DNA from: a bacterium
GTDB taxonomy: Bacteria > Patescibacteriota > CPR2 > UBA1875 > JAJYID01
Direction: 5' to 3'
Length of the DNA: 64,000 nt
Assembly: GCA_030647205.1 (NCBI GenBank)
Contig: JAUSJO010000005.1
Span: 138,523-202,522, forward strand
Part shown: positions 29,894-38,924 of the stretch, piece after piece
How positions within the stretch are numbered: position 1 is the first letter of the stretch
How the letters are laid out: every line of letters begins with the position of its first letter
Position numbers and translations under genes: made by a program
Notes under the pieces: model-generated
Told to the model about the DNA's origin: nothing
The model's input: only the letters and a program-made list of their open reading frames with translations
Databases searched by the model: none

Positions 29894-30148
29894 ATGGAAA
29901 AATCAAAGTTCATTAGTGTCAAAGAGGCAATGGATATAACTGGATATTCTCGTGTTCATGTTATCCGGCTTATTAATGATGGGAAAATACAAGCAGAGAA
30001 AGTGGGCCATACCTATATGGTTGATAGGAATTCACTCGGCGGGATTTACAAGGAAATGACAGAAGCGGATAAGAAAAAAGTTACAGAGGCAGTAGATAGG
30101 ACTTTCAAGGAATATGGAGACGTTCTAAAAAGGTTGGGTAAAGAATAA
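29894..30148 (+). CDS. Excisionase-like HTH (HTH_17) protein, putative antitoxin
   Basis: ISVKEA..ITG.SR..V..LI..GKI.A.KVG..Y; stop overlaps the Doc start (TAATG). Confidence 0.8.
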   Translation: MEKSKFISVKEAMDITGYSRVHVIRLINDGKIQAEKVGHTYMVDRNSLGGIYKEMTEADKKKVTEAVDRTFKEYGDVLKRLGKE

Positions 30149-30564
30149 TGAAGCCGGTAACTATCCAGGAAGTAGAGCTGATAGCTCATAAGCTGGCCAA
30201 GAAAATGATGACTTGGAATGAACCGATTCCTGACTTTGGCACTCGCTATCCGGGTATCCTAGAAAGCTGTCTGGCAAATGCCTTTCAAACATATGCCAAA
30301 AAGGATCTATACCCGACGCTAGAAGATAAAGCGGCGATTATTTTCTATCAAATGATTAAAAACCATCCCTTTGTGAATGGCAACAAGCGCATTGCCGTAA
30401 CGACACTTTTTACCTTTTTGGTAATTAACGATAAGTGGCTAGACGTGCAAAGAGAGGATCTTTATCGTGTGGCGGTGTGGGTCGCAGAAAGCCCGGCGCC
30501 ACTTAAGGATGGGACACTCTTGGCGATAAAAGATTTAGTTAAGCTTACCATGGAGGATGCTTGA
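30148..30564 (+). CDS. Fic/Doc (death-on-curing) family toxin
   Basis: LYPTLEDKAA and HPFVNGNKR motifs. Confidence 0.9.
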   Translation: MKPVTIQEVELIAHKLAKKMMTWNEPIPDFGTRYPGILESCLANAFQTYAKKDLYPTLEDKAAIIFYQMIKNHPFVNGNKRIAVTTLFTFLVINDKWLDVQREDLYRVAVWVAESPAPLKDGTLLAIKDLVKLTMEDA

Positions 30565-31682
30565 AAAATCAGGAAAATATAGAAGAAGAAAGCAACTCTA
30601 AGGGCATTACAATTGGTGTTGGAGGAATACCATTCCCTTATGTTGACTACCTTAAATCCTATCAGAGAAATATAGACCAAATATATGTCTCATCGGGAAT
30701 AAAGGCTATTAGCGATTTAAATAGGAGTATTTTACCCAATATCTCTAGTCCGCTGTATAAAGGTCTAAGGGATTCTTTGAGCATACAAGAGTCCTTAATT
30801 CAGGGGCTTCAAAGGGTGGGAAAGGACCTCACTCTGTCTTCGAATTTAATGCAGGAAACGTCAAAGAATCTAATTGTGCCTTTAGATAGGGCAATCAGTA
30901 ATTTGGGTGGGTTGGCAGATGCACTGGAGGGTACGCCGTATTTACGAGGCGTAAAATTGACCAGCTCTCTTGTTGGTTCTTTGGAAGTTCAGCAAAGTCA
31001 AATATTACATGGATTAAAAACTATTTCTACTAAGAATGACTTGACCAAGTTTACAAATGTAATAAATCCGGGTATTTCTTTATTTTCTTCAGGCATTTCT
31101 AAGATAGTGGACTCGACTTCCGTTTTTGAAAATACACTTGTAAAGGAAGAAAAATCAGAGAGAGCAGAAAGACCAGACAGCAAGGAACAACAGAAGCTTG
31201 ATGAAATATTGAACGGGATAAACACTAAATTTGTCGAACGAAGAAAGGCCTGTTGGGAGACATTTTCTAAAAAGGGCAACGATTATATAGGTCAGTCCGC
31301 AAGTTCAATGAGGAGACTAATAGATGGGTTACTTAGAGAACTGGCCCCAAGGGAAGCAGTCCAACAAACGGAATTTTACAAAAAAAGAATTCAAAATTAT
31401 AATGAAAAAACACTAGAAGAAAAATCGAAGGTTACGAGGAAAGATCGTATTTATTACATATTGGATTATGATAAGAATGAGAGAGACGATATTTTTAAGA
31501 GGGTTATCAAAGTTATTGAATCGATAGTGGAAACACTAGATCACCTAAATGCATGGGATCACGAACCCATTGATGAAGATGGGTTTGTGTGCGGAGTATT
31601 CATAACAATAGAAGGTCAGCTGCTTGCCTTATTATCGATGCGGGATAGTATTGCTATAGAAAAAGGGCAGAATAAGATATAA
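30561..31682 (+). CDS. Hypothetical protein with C-terminal HEPN-like (pPIWI_RE_Y-like) predicted nuclease domain
   Basis: SMRRLI..LL..LAP...V, TRKDRIYYI and LNAWDH pattern, recalled for pPIWI-associated HEPN domains; TTG start overlaps the Doc stop. Confidence 0.5.
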   Translation: MKNQENIEEESNSKGITIGVGGIPFPYVDYLKSYQRNIDQIYVSSGIKAISDLNRSILPNISSPLYKGLRDSLSIQESLIQGLQRVGKDLTLSSNLMQETSKNLIVPLDRAISNLGGLADALEGTPYLRGVKLTSSLVGSLEVQQSQILHGLKTISTKNDLTKFTNVINPGISLFSSGISKIVDSTSVFENTLVKEEKSERAERPDSKEQQKLDEILNGINTKFVERRKACWETFSKKGNDYIGQSASSMRRLIDGLLRELAPREAVQQTEFYKKRIQNYNEKTLEEKSKVTRKDRIYYILDYDKNERDDIFKRVIKVIESIVETLDHLNAWDHEPIDEDGFVCGVFITIEGQLLALLSMRDSIAIEKGQNKI

Positions 31683-31713
31683 TAATTAATATAAGAATAA
31701 GAGGAGATAAAAA

Positions 31714-32001
31714 ATGAATCAACAACCACAACAACAAGTACAAATCAAGGCTGATGACCAGACGGCCAAAGGTGTATACACCAACAACTTAATCATTGGT
31801 CACACAAAAGAGGAGTTTGTGCTGGATTTTCTAAATGTGTTCCCACCACAGGGAGCACTGGTTTCTCGTGTATTCACAAGTCCGGGTCATGCAAAAAGAA
31901 TTGTAAAAGCGCTTGAAGAGAATGTAAAAAAATACGAAAAGCAGTTTGGTAAAATAGAAGAGTCGGAAGCTCCTGACGGCGATATCGGTTTTAAGGCCTA
32001 A
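31714..32001 (+). CDS. DUF3467 family protein
   Basis: GVYTN...IGHTKEEFVLDF...SRVFTSPGHAKR...L..N...YE..FG.I pattern. Confidence 0.85.
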   Translation: MNQQPQQQVQIKADDQTAKGVYTNNLIIGHTKEEFVLDFLNVFPPQGALVSRVFTSPGHAKRIVKALEENVKKYEKQFGKIEESEAPDGDIGFKA

Positions 32002-32007
32002 TAAAAA

Positions 32008-32028
32008 GGCGCCCCTTGCGGGGGCGCC
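32008..32028 (-). terminator. Hairpin between convergent genes
   Basis: GGCGCCCC...GGGGCGCC preceded by an A run. Confidence 0.65.
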
Positions 32029-32048
32029 GAGTAGAACTCTGGAAATGG

Positions 32049-32447
32049 TTAGCAGGGGATAAAAGTGTAGATTCCTTCGCAGACCATTTCCGTTTGGTCA
32101 TACTTGTAAATCGTCACGTTTGCCCTGATACCGGTTGGGATATCCTTTGATTCTGAGAGAGACAGCGTTGTCCGAAGCTTATCTCCGGCAGAAATGAACT
32201 TGTAGAAATGGACGGATTCGATAGTTCCGAGCAGTAGTTTTTCTGCTTCCGTGGATGGGTCACTTTCGATAATGTGAGCTGCAATTCTTGCCATTAGTTC
32301 TACGAGAGGGAAAGCTCGCATTACCCCTTTTTCGGCATCAAGATAATGTGGATCTTCTCCTACAACCGTAAAAGCTTCTATACCACCATCATCAGTATGC
32401 ATGACAGTAGTAGTATCCATGAGATCCTGAATTCCTGTTACGTTCAT
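32049..32447 (-). CDS. Divergent hotdog-fold (FabZ/FabA-like) protein
   Basis: VELMARIAA...LLLGTIESVHFYKFISAGDKL resembles the FabZ E..AQ...F..PV.PGD.L pattern; SD AAGGAG. Confidence 0.55.
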   Translation of the reverse strand: MNVTGIQDLMDTTTVMHTDDGGIEAFTVVGEDPHYLDAEKGVMRAFPLVELMARIAAHIIESDPSTEAEKLLLGTIESVHFYKFISAGDKLRTTLSLSESKDIPTGIRANVTIYKYDQTEMVCEGIYTFIPC

Positions 32448-32571
32448 TAGGGGTCTCCTTATATAAGGTTACGTTGGCAGGGCCAAAATTTGAGATATTA
32501 TCTTACCATAAAAACGAGGTTTTATCAACATAATCCTTATAAAAAAAGGAATTTTAAGATATATTAAAATC

Positions 32572-33144
32572 ATGAGGCAAAAATACGGATATTATCATGG
32601 CAGATTCCAGCCGTTTCACAACGGTCACTTGGCGAATGTCAAAAAGATGCTAGAAAATCATGAAGAAATTATTATTGGTATTTCTAACCCATTTCGCTTG
32701 CCTGCAGTTTTTGAAGAAGGCGACTCGGCAGAACTGAGAGCAAGTGTGGAAAAAGGGAGAAAAAACGAGAATAATCCATACACATTTTGGCAGAGAATGA
32801 CCATGATCAGAAAGTCACTAGATAAAGAAGGAATAGACTTAGGCAGAGTCATGATCGTTCCAAATGCAACAAGGAATGGACTGCCTGCAGATGAGATGAT
32901 ACCTGCCAGAGATGACATGGTAATATACTCTGTCCCCAAGCAAGTTCACAACAAAGAAATTATAGAGAACCGCAAAAAGATGGGCTATGAAGTGGTAACT
33001 CTGGAAAAAGTTGATACGCCAACGGGAGGGAAGATAAGGGAAATGATAAAAGAGGGAGATGTAACCTGGAAAGAGTTTGTCCCTGAAGGAACAGTAGAAG
33101 TTGTAGAGTTGGCAGAGAAAAAGAGCTTAAGTAAAAATGGATAA
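32572..33144 (+). CDS. Cytidylyltransferase-family nucleotidyltransferase (NMN adenylyltransferase-like)
   Basis: GRFQPFHNGH, NP(Y)TF.QR and W...VP motifs. Confidence 0.85.
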   Translation: MRQKYGYYHGRFQPFHNGHLANVKKMLENHEEIIIGISNPFRLPAVFEEGDSAELRASVEKGRKNENNPYTFWQRMTMIRKSLDKEGIDLGRVMIVPNATRNGLPADEMIPARDDMVIYSVPKQVHNKEIIENRKKMGYEVVTLEKVDTPTGGKIREMIKEGDVTWKEFVPEGTVEVVELAEKKSLSKNG

Positions 33145-33152
33145 TACTGATC

Positions 33153-33195
33153 TGTCATTCCGCTCGCCACTGCGCATAAGCCGGTCGAAATGACA
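33153..33195. repeat. Head-to-head remnant of two GTCAT units
   Basis: TGTCATTCCG...CCGGTCGAAATGACA (reverse complement TGTCATTTCGACCGG, compare TGTCATTCCGACCG at 10317 and 16889). Confidence 0.65.
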
Positions 33196-33355
33196 AACTG
33201 TTGTATAATCTCAATTATGGAAAAGAAATGTAGTACTAGTTGCCCAGAGTAATGACTTGCAATATATAACCATTATGATATAATATAGTTATTCTAAAGC
33301 AGTGATGAGGGACTGCAAAGAGCGTTCTTTTTCAGTTTATCGACAGGAGGAGACT

Positions 33356-33964
33356 ATGATGGCTGACACAAAGGAACTTAAAGCAGAGGGAGACTACTGG
33401 TATGCCCTTCAGGGTTTAGGCGAAGAAGTGTACTCAATTCGTCATAGCGCTTATCATGCAGAGGTTGAAATTGGTACTGAGACGGAAGAGCACATTGATG
33501 ACATACGGGAGCTGAAACTCAAGCTTGTTAACGAGATAGTAGAAAAATTCAACGTTATATTCCCCGATCCAGGCGTGAAACGAGGAGAGGAAAAGCCTGC
33601 TCCTGAAGGAAAGGAACATTATTGGCACTGGTACGAAAGGGTGAAGGCACAGCTGAGCCGTGATGTTTTCAATGCGCTTGTTTGTTCTGGTTGCCCCTTT
33701 ACTAGCGGATATGAAGGCCATTATTTCCAAAGAGTTCCTTGCGGTATTTGCAGCGGCTATATCAACATTGATGTGGCCGAAGATGAGCCAAGGAGTAAAT
33801 GCCCAGCAGATAAGATGGGCGATGATGATAGTACATGGAGAGAGGTCGCTATATGCGAGAGGTCGGAAGAAACGCTGGATGACCAGATTCTAAGAGAGTT
33901 TGGTTTTGAGGAATATCTTGCTTTCAAGGACAAACAGGCCGAGATAGAAGCTAAGGCGGGGTAA
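33356..33964 (+). CDS. Cys-containing hypothetical protein (CSGCP, CGIC)
   Basis: SD AGGAGG before ATG 33356/33359; promoter at 33257-33284. Confidence 0.7.
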   Translation: MMADTKELKAEGDYWYALQGLGEEVYSIRHSAYHAEVEIGTETEEHIDDIRELKLKLVNEIVEKFNVIFPDPGVKRGEEKPAPEGKEHYWHWYERVKAQLSRDVFNALVCSGCPFTSGYEGHYFQRVPCGICSGYINIDVAEDEPRSKCPADKMGDDDSTWREVAICERSEETLDDQILREFGFEEYLAFKDKQAEIEAKAG

Positions 33965-34020
33965 CGTTAACATATGTCAGAAAGTGAGGAGGCGACATTG
34001 TATTCAAGGCAATTGTCCAC

Positions 34021-34179
34021 ATGCTTGGAGGCTTAATACTTGCCGTCGTAGCAACGATAGTACAAGGCCCAGTATTGATTTTCCTCGTTCCCGCTGCAAT
34101 ATTCTTCATCAAGGGAATACTCATGTTGTATTTCTCCAGAAGTGAAAGAAGAAAGGAAGTAGCAAAAAGCTATAGCTAA
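34021..34179 (+). CDS. Small 2-TM membrane protein (52 aa, not in the ORF track)
   Basis: MLGGLILAVVATIVQGPVLIFLVPAAIFFIKGILMLYFSRSERRKEVAKSYS; followed by a terminator at 34186-34231. Confidence 0.5.
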   Translation: MLGGLILAVVATIVQGPVLIFLVPAAIFFIKGILMLYFSRSERRKEVAKSYS

Positions 34180-34252
34180 ATTACAAACCCCTTTAGGGCG
34201 CTTTAAAAGAGAAGCCTCGAGAGGGGTTTTTCTTTTCTGCTATAATAAAGCC

Positions 34253-34636
34253 ATGGAAGATAAAGAAAACAAAAAACAGAAAATCTATAATCACATTGGC
34301 ATCCTCCTTGTCATTGGGATACTTGGCGGAGCGGGATTACTTTTAGTTAAGTATTCCGATGGGAAAAAAGAACCGATTAAGATTACTGAGCCGCCGAAAA
34401 CGCAGCAGGCGCAACCTGCAGAAGTGAAGGGCGAACAGGTCTCGGCGAAAGTGAATATCAACACTGCTAGCTTAGAAGACTTAGATAAATTAACAGGCAT
34501 CGGCCCGGCAACAGCTCAAAAAATTATCGACTACCGAACCCAAAACGGTCTATTTAAAACAATTGAAGACATTAAAAATGTTTCAGGTATTGGTGACTCT
34601 AAATTTGAAGCGATTAAAGATAGCATAAGTTTATAA
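34253..34636 (+). CDS. comEA: ComEA-family helix-hairpin-helix DNA-binding protein
   Basis: N-terminal TM; VNINTAS, GIGPATAQKII.YR and VSGIG motifs. Confidence 0.92.
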   Translation: MEDKENKKQKIYNHIGILLVIGILGGAGLLLVKYSDGKKEPIKITEPPKTQQAQPAEVKGEQVSAKVNINTASLEDLDKLTGIGPATAQKIIDYRTQNGLFKTIEDIKNVSGIGDSKFEAIKDSISL

Positions 34637-34644
34637 GGAGTGAA

Positions 34645-34986
34645 ATGTCATTTTATAAAAGCCACAGACAAGAGCCACACTTTTCTAATGTGAAGGAGGG
34701 AAAGAAAGTTATTGAAGTAAGGCTGAGAAAAGGAAAGTACGCGGAGGTTAAGGCTGGCGATATTTTTGAGGTTCAAAGGCCTGATGAGAGTGAAAGCTTT
34801 AGAGTGAAAGTTGTTGGAACGACCTACTATAATAGTTTCAAGAAAATGGCTGAGAATGAGAATTTCAAGGAAATTATTCCGGAGGCAAAAGATGTTAGCG
34901 ATGTAGTAAAGGCATGCAGGGAGTTTTACTCAGAAGAACAGGAAAAAGAGTTCGGAGTGGTCGCGTTAAGGGTGAAAGTTTTATGA
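34645..34986 (+). CDS. ASCH domain protein
   Basis: EPHF..VKEGKK.IEVRL..G, Y.SF and FYSEEQEKEFGV motifs. Confidence 0.85.
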   Translation: MSFYKSHRQEPHFSNVKEGKKVIEVRLRKGKYAEVKAGDIFEVQRPDESESFRVKVVGTTYYNSFKKMAENENFKEIIPEAKDVSDVVKACREFYSEEQEKEFGVVALRVKVL

Positions 34987-35423
34987 AATACTTTGCATAC
35001 GGTTCGAATATGAATTTCAAACAAATGGATGACCGATGTCCAGACGCTAAATTCTTGAAAAAAGTATATCTAGAGGATTATCGATTCATTTATGACAAGG
35101 GATGCGACTGGTGGAGAACTTGCGGGAATATCACTGAGTCAAAGGGCGATATTGTTTGGGGAGGGCTTTTTGAAATTAGCGATAATGATTTAAAAAATCT
35201 TGATGAGTATGAACAATATGACAAAGGCCTTTATGATAGGAAGATATTTGAGTTAAAAGACGAAGAAGGGGAGCTGACTAAGGCAATTTCTTATTTTCGA
35301 GAAACTGAGGTTGAAGCTGTTCCATGCGAAGAATATCAAAATATCGTAGTGCAGGGCGCAAAAGACTGTGGTTTACCGGAAGAGTACATCTCATTTTTAG
35401 CTAGCGAAAAGGTAAAAGTATAG
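34983..35423 (+). CDS. Gamma-glutamylcyclotransferase (GGCT/AIG2-like)
   Basis: YFAYGSNM, VWGGLF, LDEYE and GLPEEY motifs; ATGA coupling with the ASCH gene. Confidence 0.88.
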   Translation: MKYFAYGSNMNFKQMDDRCPDAKFLKKVYLEDYRFIYDKGCDWWRTCGNITESKGDIVWGGLFEISDNDLKNLDEYEQYDKGLYDRKIFELKDEEGELTKAISYFRETEVEAVPCEEYQNIVVQGAKDCGLPEEYISFLASEKVKV

Positions 35424-35532
35424 TTTTAAAATTCGTGATAATCTCCGATGTTTTTTAAACTTGTGGAGACTACTATTGTGCATAGCTGTACCTAATACGT
35501 TCGCCAAGTCTTCTTTCAAGGGGGAGATCGAA

Positions 35533-35892
35533 ATGACGCAAACAAAAACACCCAGGGAGTATGTCGAAAACTTTGTGAAGGTATCTCTGGGTATATGTGC
35601 AAAAGACATGGGTTTCCATGTCCATACAGAGAGAGAAGTAGAAGAAATAATGGATACGCTGGACGCACATCCATTCTTGAAGCTTTTCGGGGACAGGGAA
35701 ATCGTCTTTCGGGAATATCCGGACTCATCTAGATACGCCAAGAGGTTTGCTAATGACATATTGGCAGTTCGTTTGGGTAGAGGGGACGAAAAGACCATTG
35801 TTATTTTAGAAGCCTCTGCGCTTTTAGGACGTTGGTCGAAAGAGCTGGTTTCCCAGTTGAAAAATAGTGTTAGAGCCAAAGAGAATGCTTAG
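35533..35892 (+). CDS. Hypothetical protein (orphan cassette)
   Basis: SD GGGGAG before ATG 35533; 14-bp hairpin at 35904-35935 follows. Confidence 0.6.
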   Translation: MTQTKTPREYVENFVKVSLGICAKDMGFHVHTEREVEEIMDTLDAHPFLKLFGDREIVFREYPDSSRYAKRFANDILAVRLGRGDEKTIVILEASALLGRWSKELVSQLKNSVRAKENA

Positions 35893-35975
35893 GTGCGGTG
35901 GAAGCGGGAAACGGCCCATTAGGGCCGTTTCCCGCGAGGCTTTTTAACTCTTATAACTTAATATATAATGAAAAT

Positions 35976-37703
35976 ATGCGCAAAATTATATTCACATTTT
36001 TTATAACCCTGTTCTTCATTCCATTTATTTCATTTGCCCAAAGTGAGAGAATTACTGATTTTACAGCCAGTATAGACATCCAAAAGGATGCCAGTTTTGA
36101 TGTGACTGAGGTGATAATGTATGATTTTGGAAGCCAAGAAAGGCATGGGATTTACAGAAATATACCGGTTAAATACAAAACAGAAGACGGGCGAACCCGT
36201 CTTATAAAAATCTCAGATATAAGGGTTCATGACGGCGGCTCATCCAATCCGAGCCTTAACAATTATCGATTTGAAAAAAGTAATGTAGGTAATGATCTTC
36301 AGATAAAAATAGGAGATCCGGACAAATATGTTACCGGTTTAAAAAAATACGTACTAAACTACACGGTTAAGGGGGCAATAAACAACTTTGATGATCATAC
36401 TGAGTTTTACTGGAACGTAACCGGTAATAACTGGAATGTACCTATAGAAAAGGCAAGAGCTTATATCGTTCTTCCCGGGGAAGTCGGAAAAGAAAGTTTA
36501 CAGGCAAGCTGTTATAAAGGTCCGGTTGGGGCAAACACCACTTGCGGTTCTTTAAAGATTGAAACGGAAATGGAAAAAACGTTTAACTATACTATTGCTG
36601 ATTCTCCAATAAATTCGCTAGGACCAAACGAGGGGCTAACCGTGGCACTGGGTTTCCCGAAAGGAGTAGTTGCTGAGAAAGAGTACTTATATGAAGTGCC
36701 GTTTTTAAGCACTTTTTGGGGCAAAGTTTGGTTGGTCGCAAATATTGTCTTGCCGATAGCCGCATTTATTATAATATTTGCTTTCTGGAGAAAAAAAGGC
36801 AGAGACCCTCGGGGGAGAGGGACCATCATTGCCGAGTATGACGCTCCGGATGGCGTAGATCCGGTGGCAGTCGGAACGCTGGTTGATGAAAAGGTTGATA
36901 AAAAAGATATATCTGCCGGCATCATAGATATGGCAGTGAAGGGATATCTGAAAATTAACAGGCTTGATGGCAAGGGAATATTCAAAACAAAAGATTATGA
37001 ATTAACAAAACTGAAGGGTTCTCAGGGGCTAGCTGACTATGAACGGAAAATATTTGACGCTCTTTTTGCAAGCGGGAATACAGTTAAACTAAAAGATCTG
37101 GATGCGAGCTTCGCTACAGATGTAAAAGAAGCGCAGAAGCTTGTGTTTGAGTCTCTGGTGGCCCAGGGGTACTTTGCAAAAAGTCCACAAAAGGTAAGAA
37201 ATATATACTTGGTAGTGGGATTTATTGTTCTGTTCGCAGGATTTGCAGCCATGATGCTCGCGCCATCTTTGATAGCTGTTGGAGTGATAATCCTGATTTT
37301 TAGCTTCTTTATGCCGGCAAGAACGCTAAAAGGCGTCTACGCGAAAGAGCATATTTTGGGGCTTAAAGAATACCTAAGTGTTGCTGAAAAAGACAGGATA
37401 AAGTTTCATAATGCGCCCGAGAAAAATCCGCAAACTTTTGAAAAATATCTGCCGTATGCTATGGCTCTTGGAGTAGAGAAAGAGTGGGCGAAACAGTTTG
37501 AAGGAATATTCAAAGAAAATCCAAGTTGGTATAACGATCCATCGATGAGTACGTTCTCGGCGGTGGCTTTTGCATCAAGTATGGATAACTTTTCTACCTC
37601 TGCCGGTGCTGTTTCTGTACCTGCTTCGAGCGGTGGAAGCGGTCTCGGGGGCGGCGGTTTCTCTGGAGGGGGTATGGGCGGTGGAGGCGGCGGAAGCTGG
37701 TAA
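35976..37703 (+). CDS. DUF2207 family membrane protein
   Basis: Signal peptide, HGIYRNIP, YWNVTG..W, LPYAMALGV..EW and Gly-rich GGGGGGSW end. Confidence 0.93.
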   Translation: MRKIIFTFFITLFFIPFISFAQSERITDFTASIDIQKDASFDVTEVIMYDFGSQERHGIYRNIPVKYKTEDGRTRLIKISDIRVHDGGSSNPSLNNYRFEKSNVGNDLQIKIGDPDKYVTGLKKYVLNYTVKGAINNFDDHTEFYWNVTGNNWNVPIEKARAYIVLPGEVGKESLQASCYKGPVGANTTCGSLKIETEMEKTFNYTIADSPINSLGPNEGLTVALGFPKGVVAEKEYLYEVPFLSTFWGKVWLVANIVLPIAAFIIIFAFWRKKGRDPRGRGTIIAEYDAPDGVDPVAVGTLVDEKVDKKDISAGIIDMAVKGYLKINRLDGKGIFKTKDYELTKLKGSQGLADYERKIFDALFASGNTVKLKDLDASFATDVKEAQKLVFESLVAQGYFAKSPQKVRNIYLVVGFIVLFAGFAAMMLAPSLIAVGVIILIFSFFMPARTLKGVYAKEHILGLKEYLSVAEKDRIKFHNAPEKNPQTFEKYLPYAMALGVEKEWAKQFEGIFKENPSWYNDPSMSTFSAVAFASSMDNFSTSAGAVSVPASSGGSGLGGGGFSGGGMGGGGGGSW

Positions 37704-37768
37704 AAAAGACTATTTCATGATATAGTTTATCCCACTACGAGGGAGAACTTTAAATATAACTATCAATC

Positions 37769-38311
37769 ATGCATTCATGGAAGGATGTGATCTTTTTGTC
37801 ATCTTCAGATGCTCAAGGCAGTTCGAGGAAAGTGTTTGATGCGAAGACAGAAGCACGTTTAGTGGAATTTCAGCAAAAGCTCGATGAACATGGCTTTGCT
37901 GCCAAGGTCCCGAGGGTCGAATATTCGAACTTCACCCAAACTCTCTTTTTCTACGGCAAAGAGGATAGGTCTAAGTTCCTATGCGGCTCGATTCAACTCG
38001 AAGAGTTTCTTGAGGGGAACGTTCACTTCTCGGATGAAGAGGAAACCGAGATCAGGAGTTGGTACGAAGTCAGTCTGTACAAGCTATTTCGTGAAGGTGC
38101 CAAAATAGAGAGTAGGTTGAGGGATCCCGACATAAGTAAAGACGAAAGAGCGGCCTTGACGTCAAAACACGACGAGATGAAAGCCGTGATATCCGAAGAG
38201 GGATTAAAAGCAAAAAGGATGGATACTCTCGGCTACTATTTCGGAGAAACCGATCCTGTCCGGAAAGAGCTGCTGTACGAAATCCATCACAGTATTCTCC
38301 AAGAATCCTAG
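37769..38311 (+). CDS. Hypothetical protein (orphan cassette)
   Basis: 180-aa ORF; start uncertain. Confidence 0.6.
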   Translation: MHSWKDVIFLSSSDAQGSSRKVFDAKTEARLVEFQQKLDEHGFAAKVPRVEYSNFTQTLFFYGKEDRSKFLCGSIQLEEFLEGNVHFSDEEETEIRSWYEVSLYKLFREGAKIESRLRDPDISKDERAALTSKHDEMKAVISEEGLKAKRMDTLGYYFGETDPVRKELLYEIHHSILQES

Positions 38312-38328
38312 AGCGAAGGAGGGATGAC

Positions 38329-38703
38329 ATGAATGATCTGACCGAAGATGACTTTATCTGTCCAAAGTGCAAAACGCCTCTGCTCCAGAAAAATCTGGAA
38401 AAAAGCGGCATCCTAAGCCAAGGATACAACAAGTGCGGGAAATGCGGCAAAGGGCAGGAAGAAAAGTATGTAACTCGGTCCATTGACCTTGAAGTCATGA
38501 TTAGACACTGGCTGTCTAGGCTTCTACACGGAGATGATGAAAAAGAGATCTGTCATTTCTGGGGACATGTTAATGGGGAAATGGTCTCGAGCAACAACTT
38601 CAAAACCGAGTGTATCAAGAATGATGTCGAGATAATGGGTGAGGCCTTTGTGGTCGAAAAGATCTTTCTCAACATTATTCGGGATCTTCATGGAGGTGAC
38701 TGA
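38329..38703 (+). CDS. Zn-ribbon hypothetical protein
   Basis: CPKC...CGKC; SD AGGAGG; terminator at 38711-38749. Confidence 0.7.
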   Translation: MNDLTEDDFICPKCKTPLLQKNLEKSGILSQGYNKCGKCGKGQEEKYVTRSIDLEVMIRHWLSRLLHGDDEKEICHFWGHVNGEMVSSNNFKTECIKNDVEIMGEAFVVEKIFLNIIRDLHGGD

Positions 38704-38790
38704 AGTAAATAAATGTGGGCGCGCCAAAAGGCGCGCCCATTTACTTTTTGTATACTTGTTTTGGTTTTTTAGATCCATTAGAATTGATAT

Positions 38791-38893
38791 GTAACAAATA
38801 TCAGGCAGTGGAAAACATTTATCTTGAGCTTATCTTTTTATAAGCGGGCCAGCCACTGCCAAAGTGGAAAGACACGGCGACCCCGTGTCTTTT
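38791..38893 (+). ncRNA. Candidate small structured RNA or riboswitch-like element
   Basis: Promoter TTGTTT-17-TAGAAT (38756-38784), GGCAGTGG/CCACTGCC stem, inner hairpin and 10-bp terminator. Confidence 0.45.
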
Positions 38894-38924
38894 AAATTAT
38901 TTTAATTTAGGTTAATATATTTTC

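Noticed and set aside
22206-37703. Pro/Gln-rich tail of 22206..23264 and Gly-rich tail of DUF2207 as special repeats
   Set aside because: These are ordinary low-complexity protein tails; the Gly-rich end is typical of DUF2207
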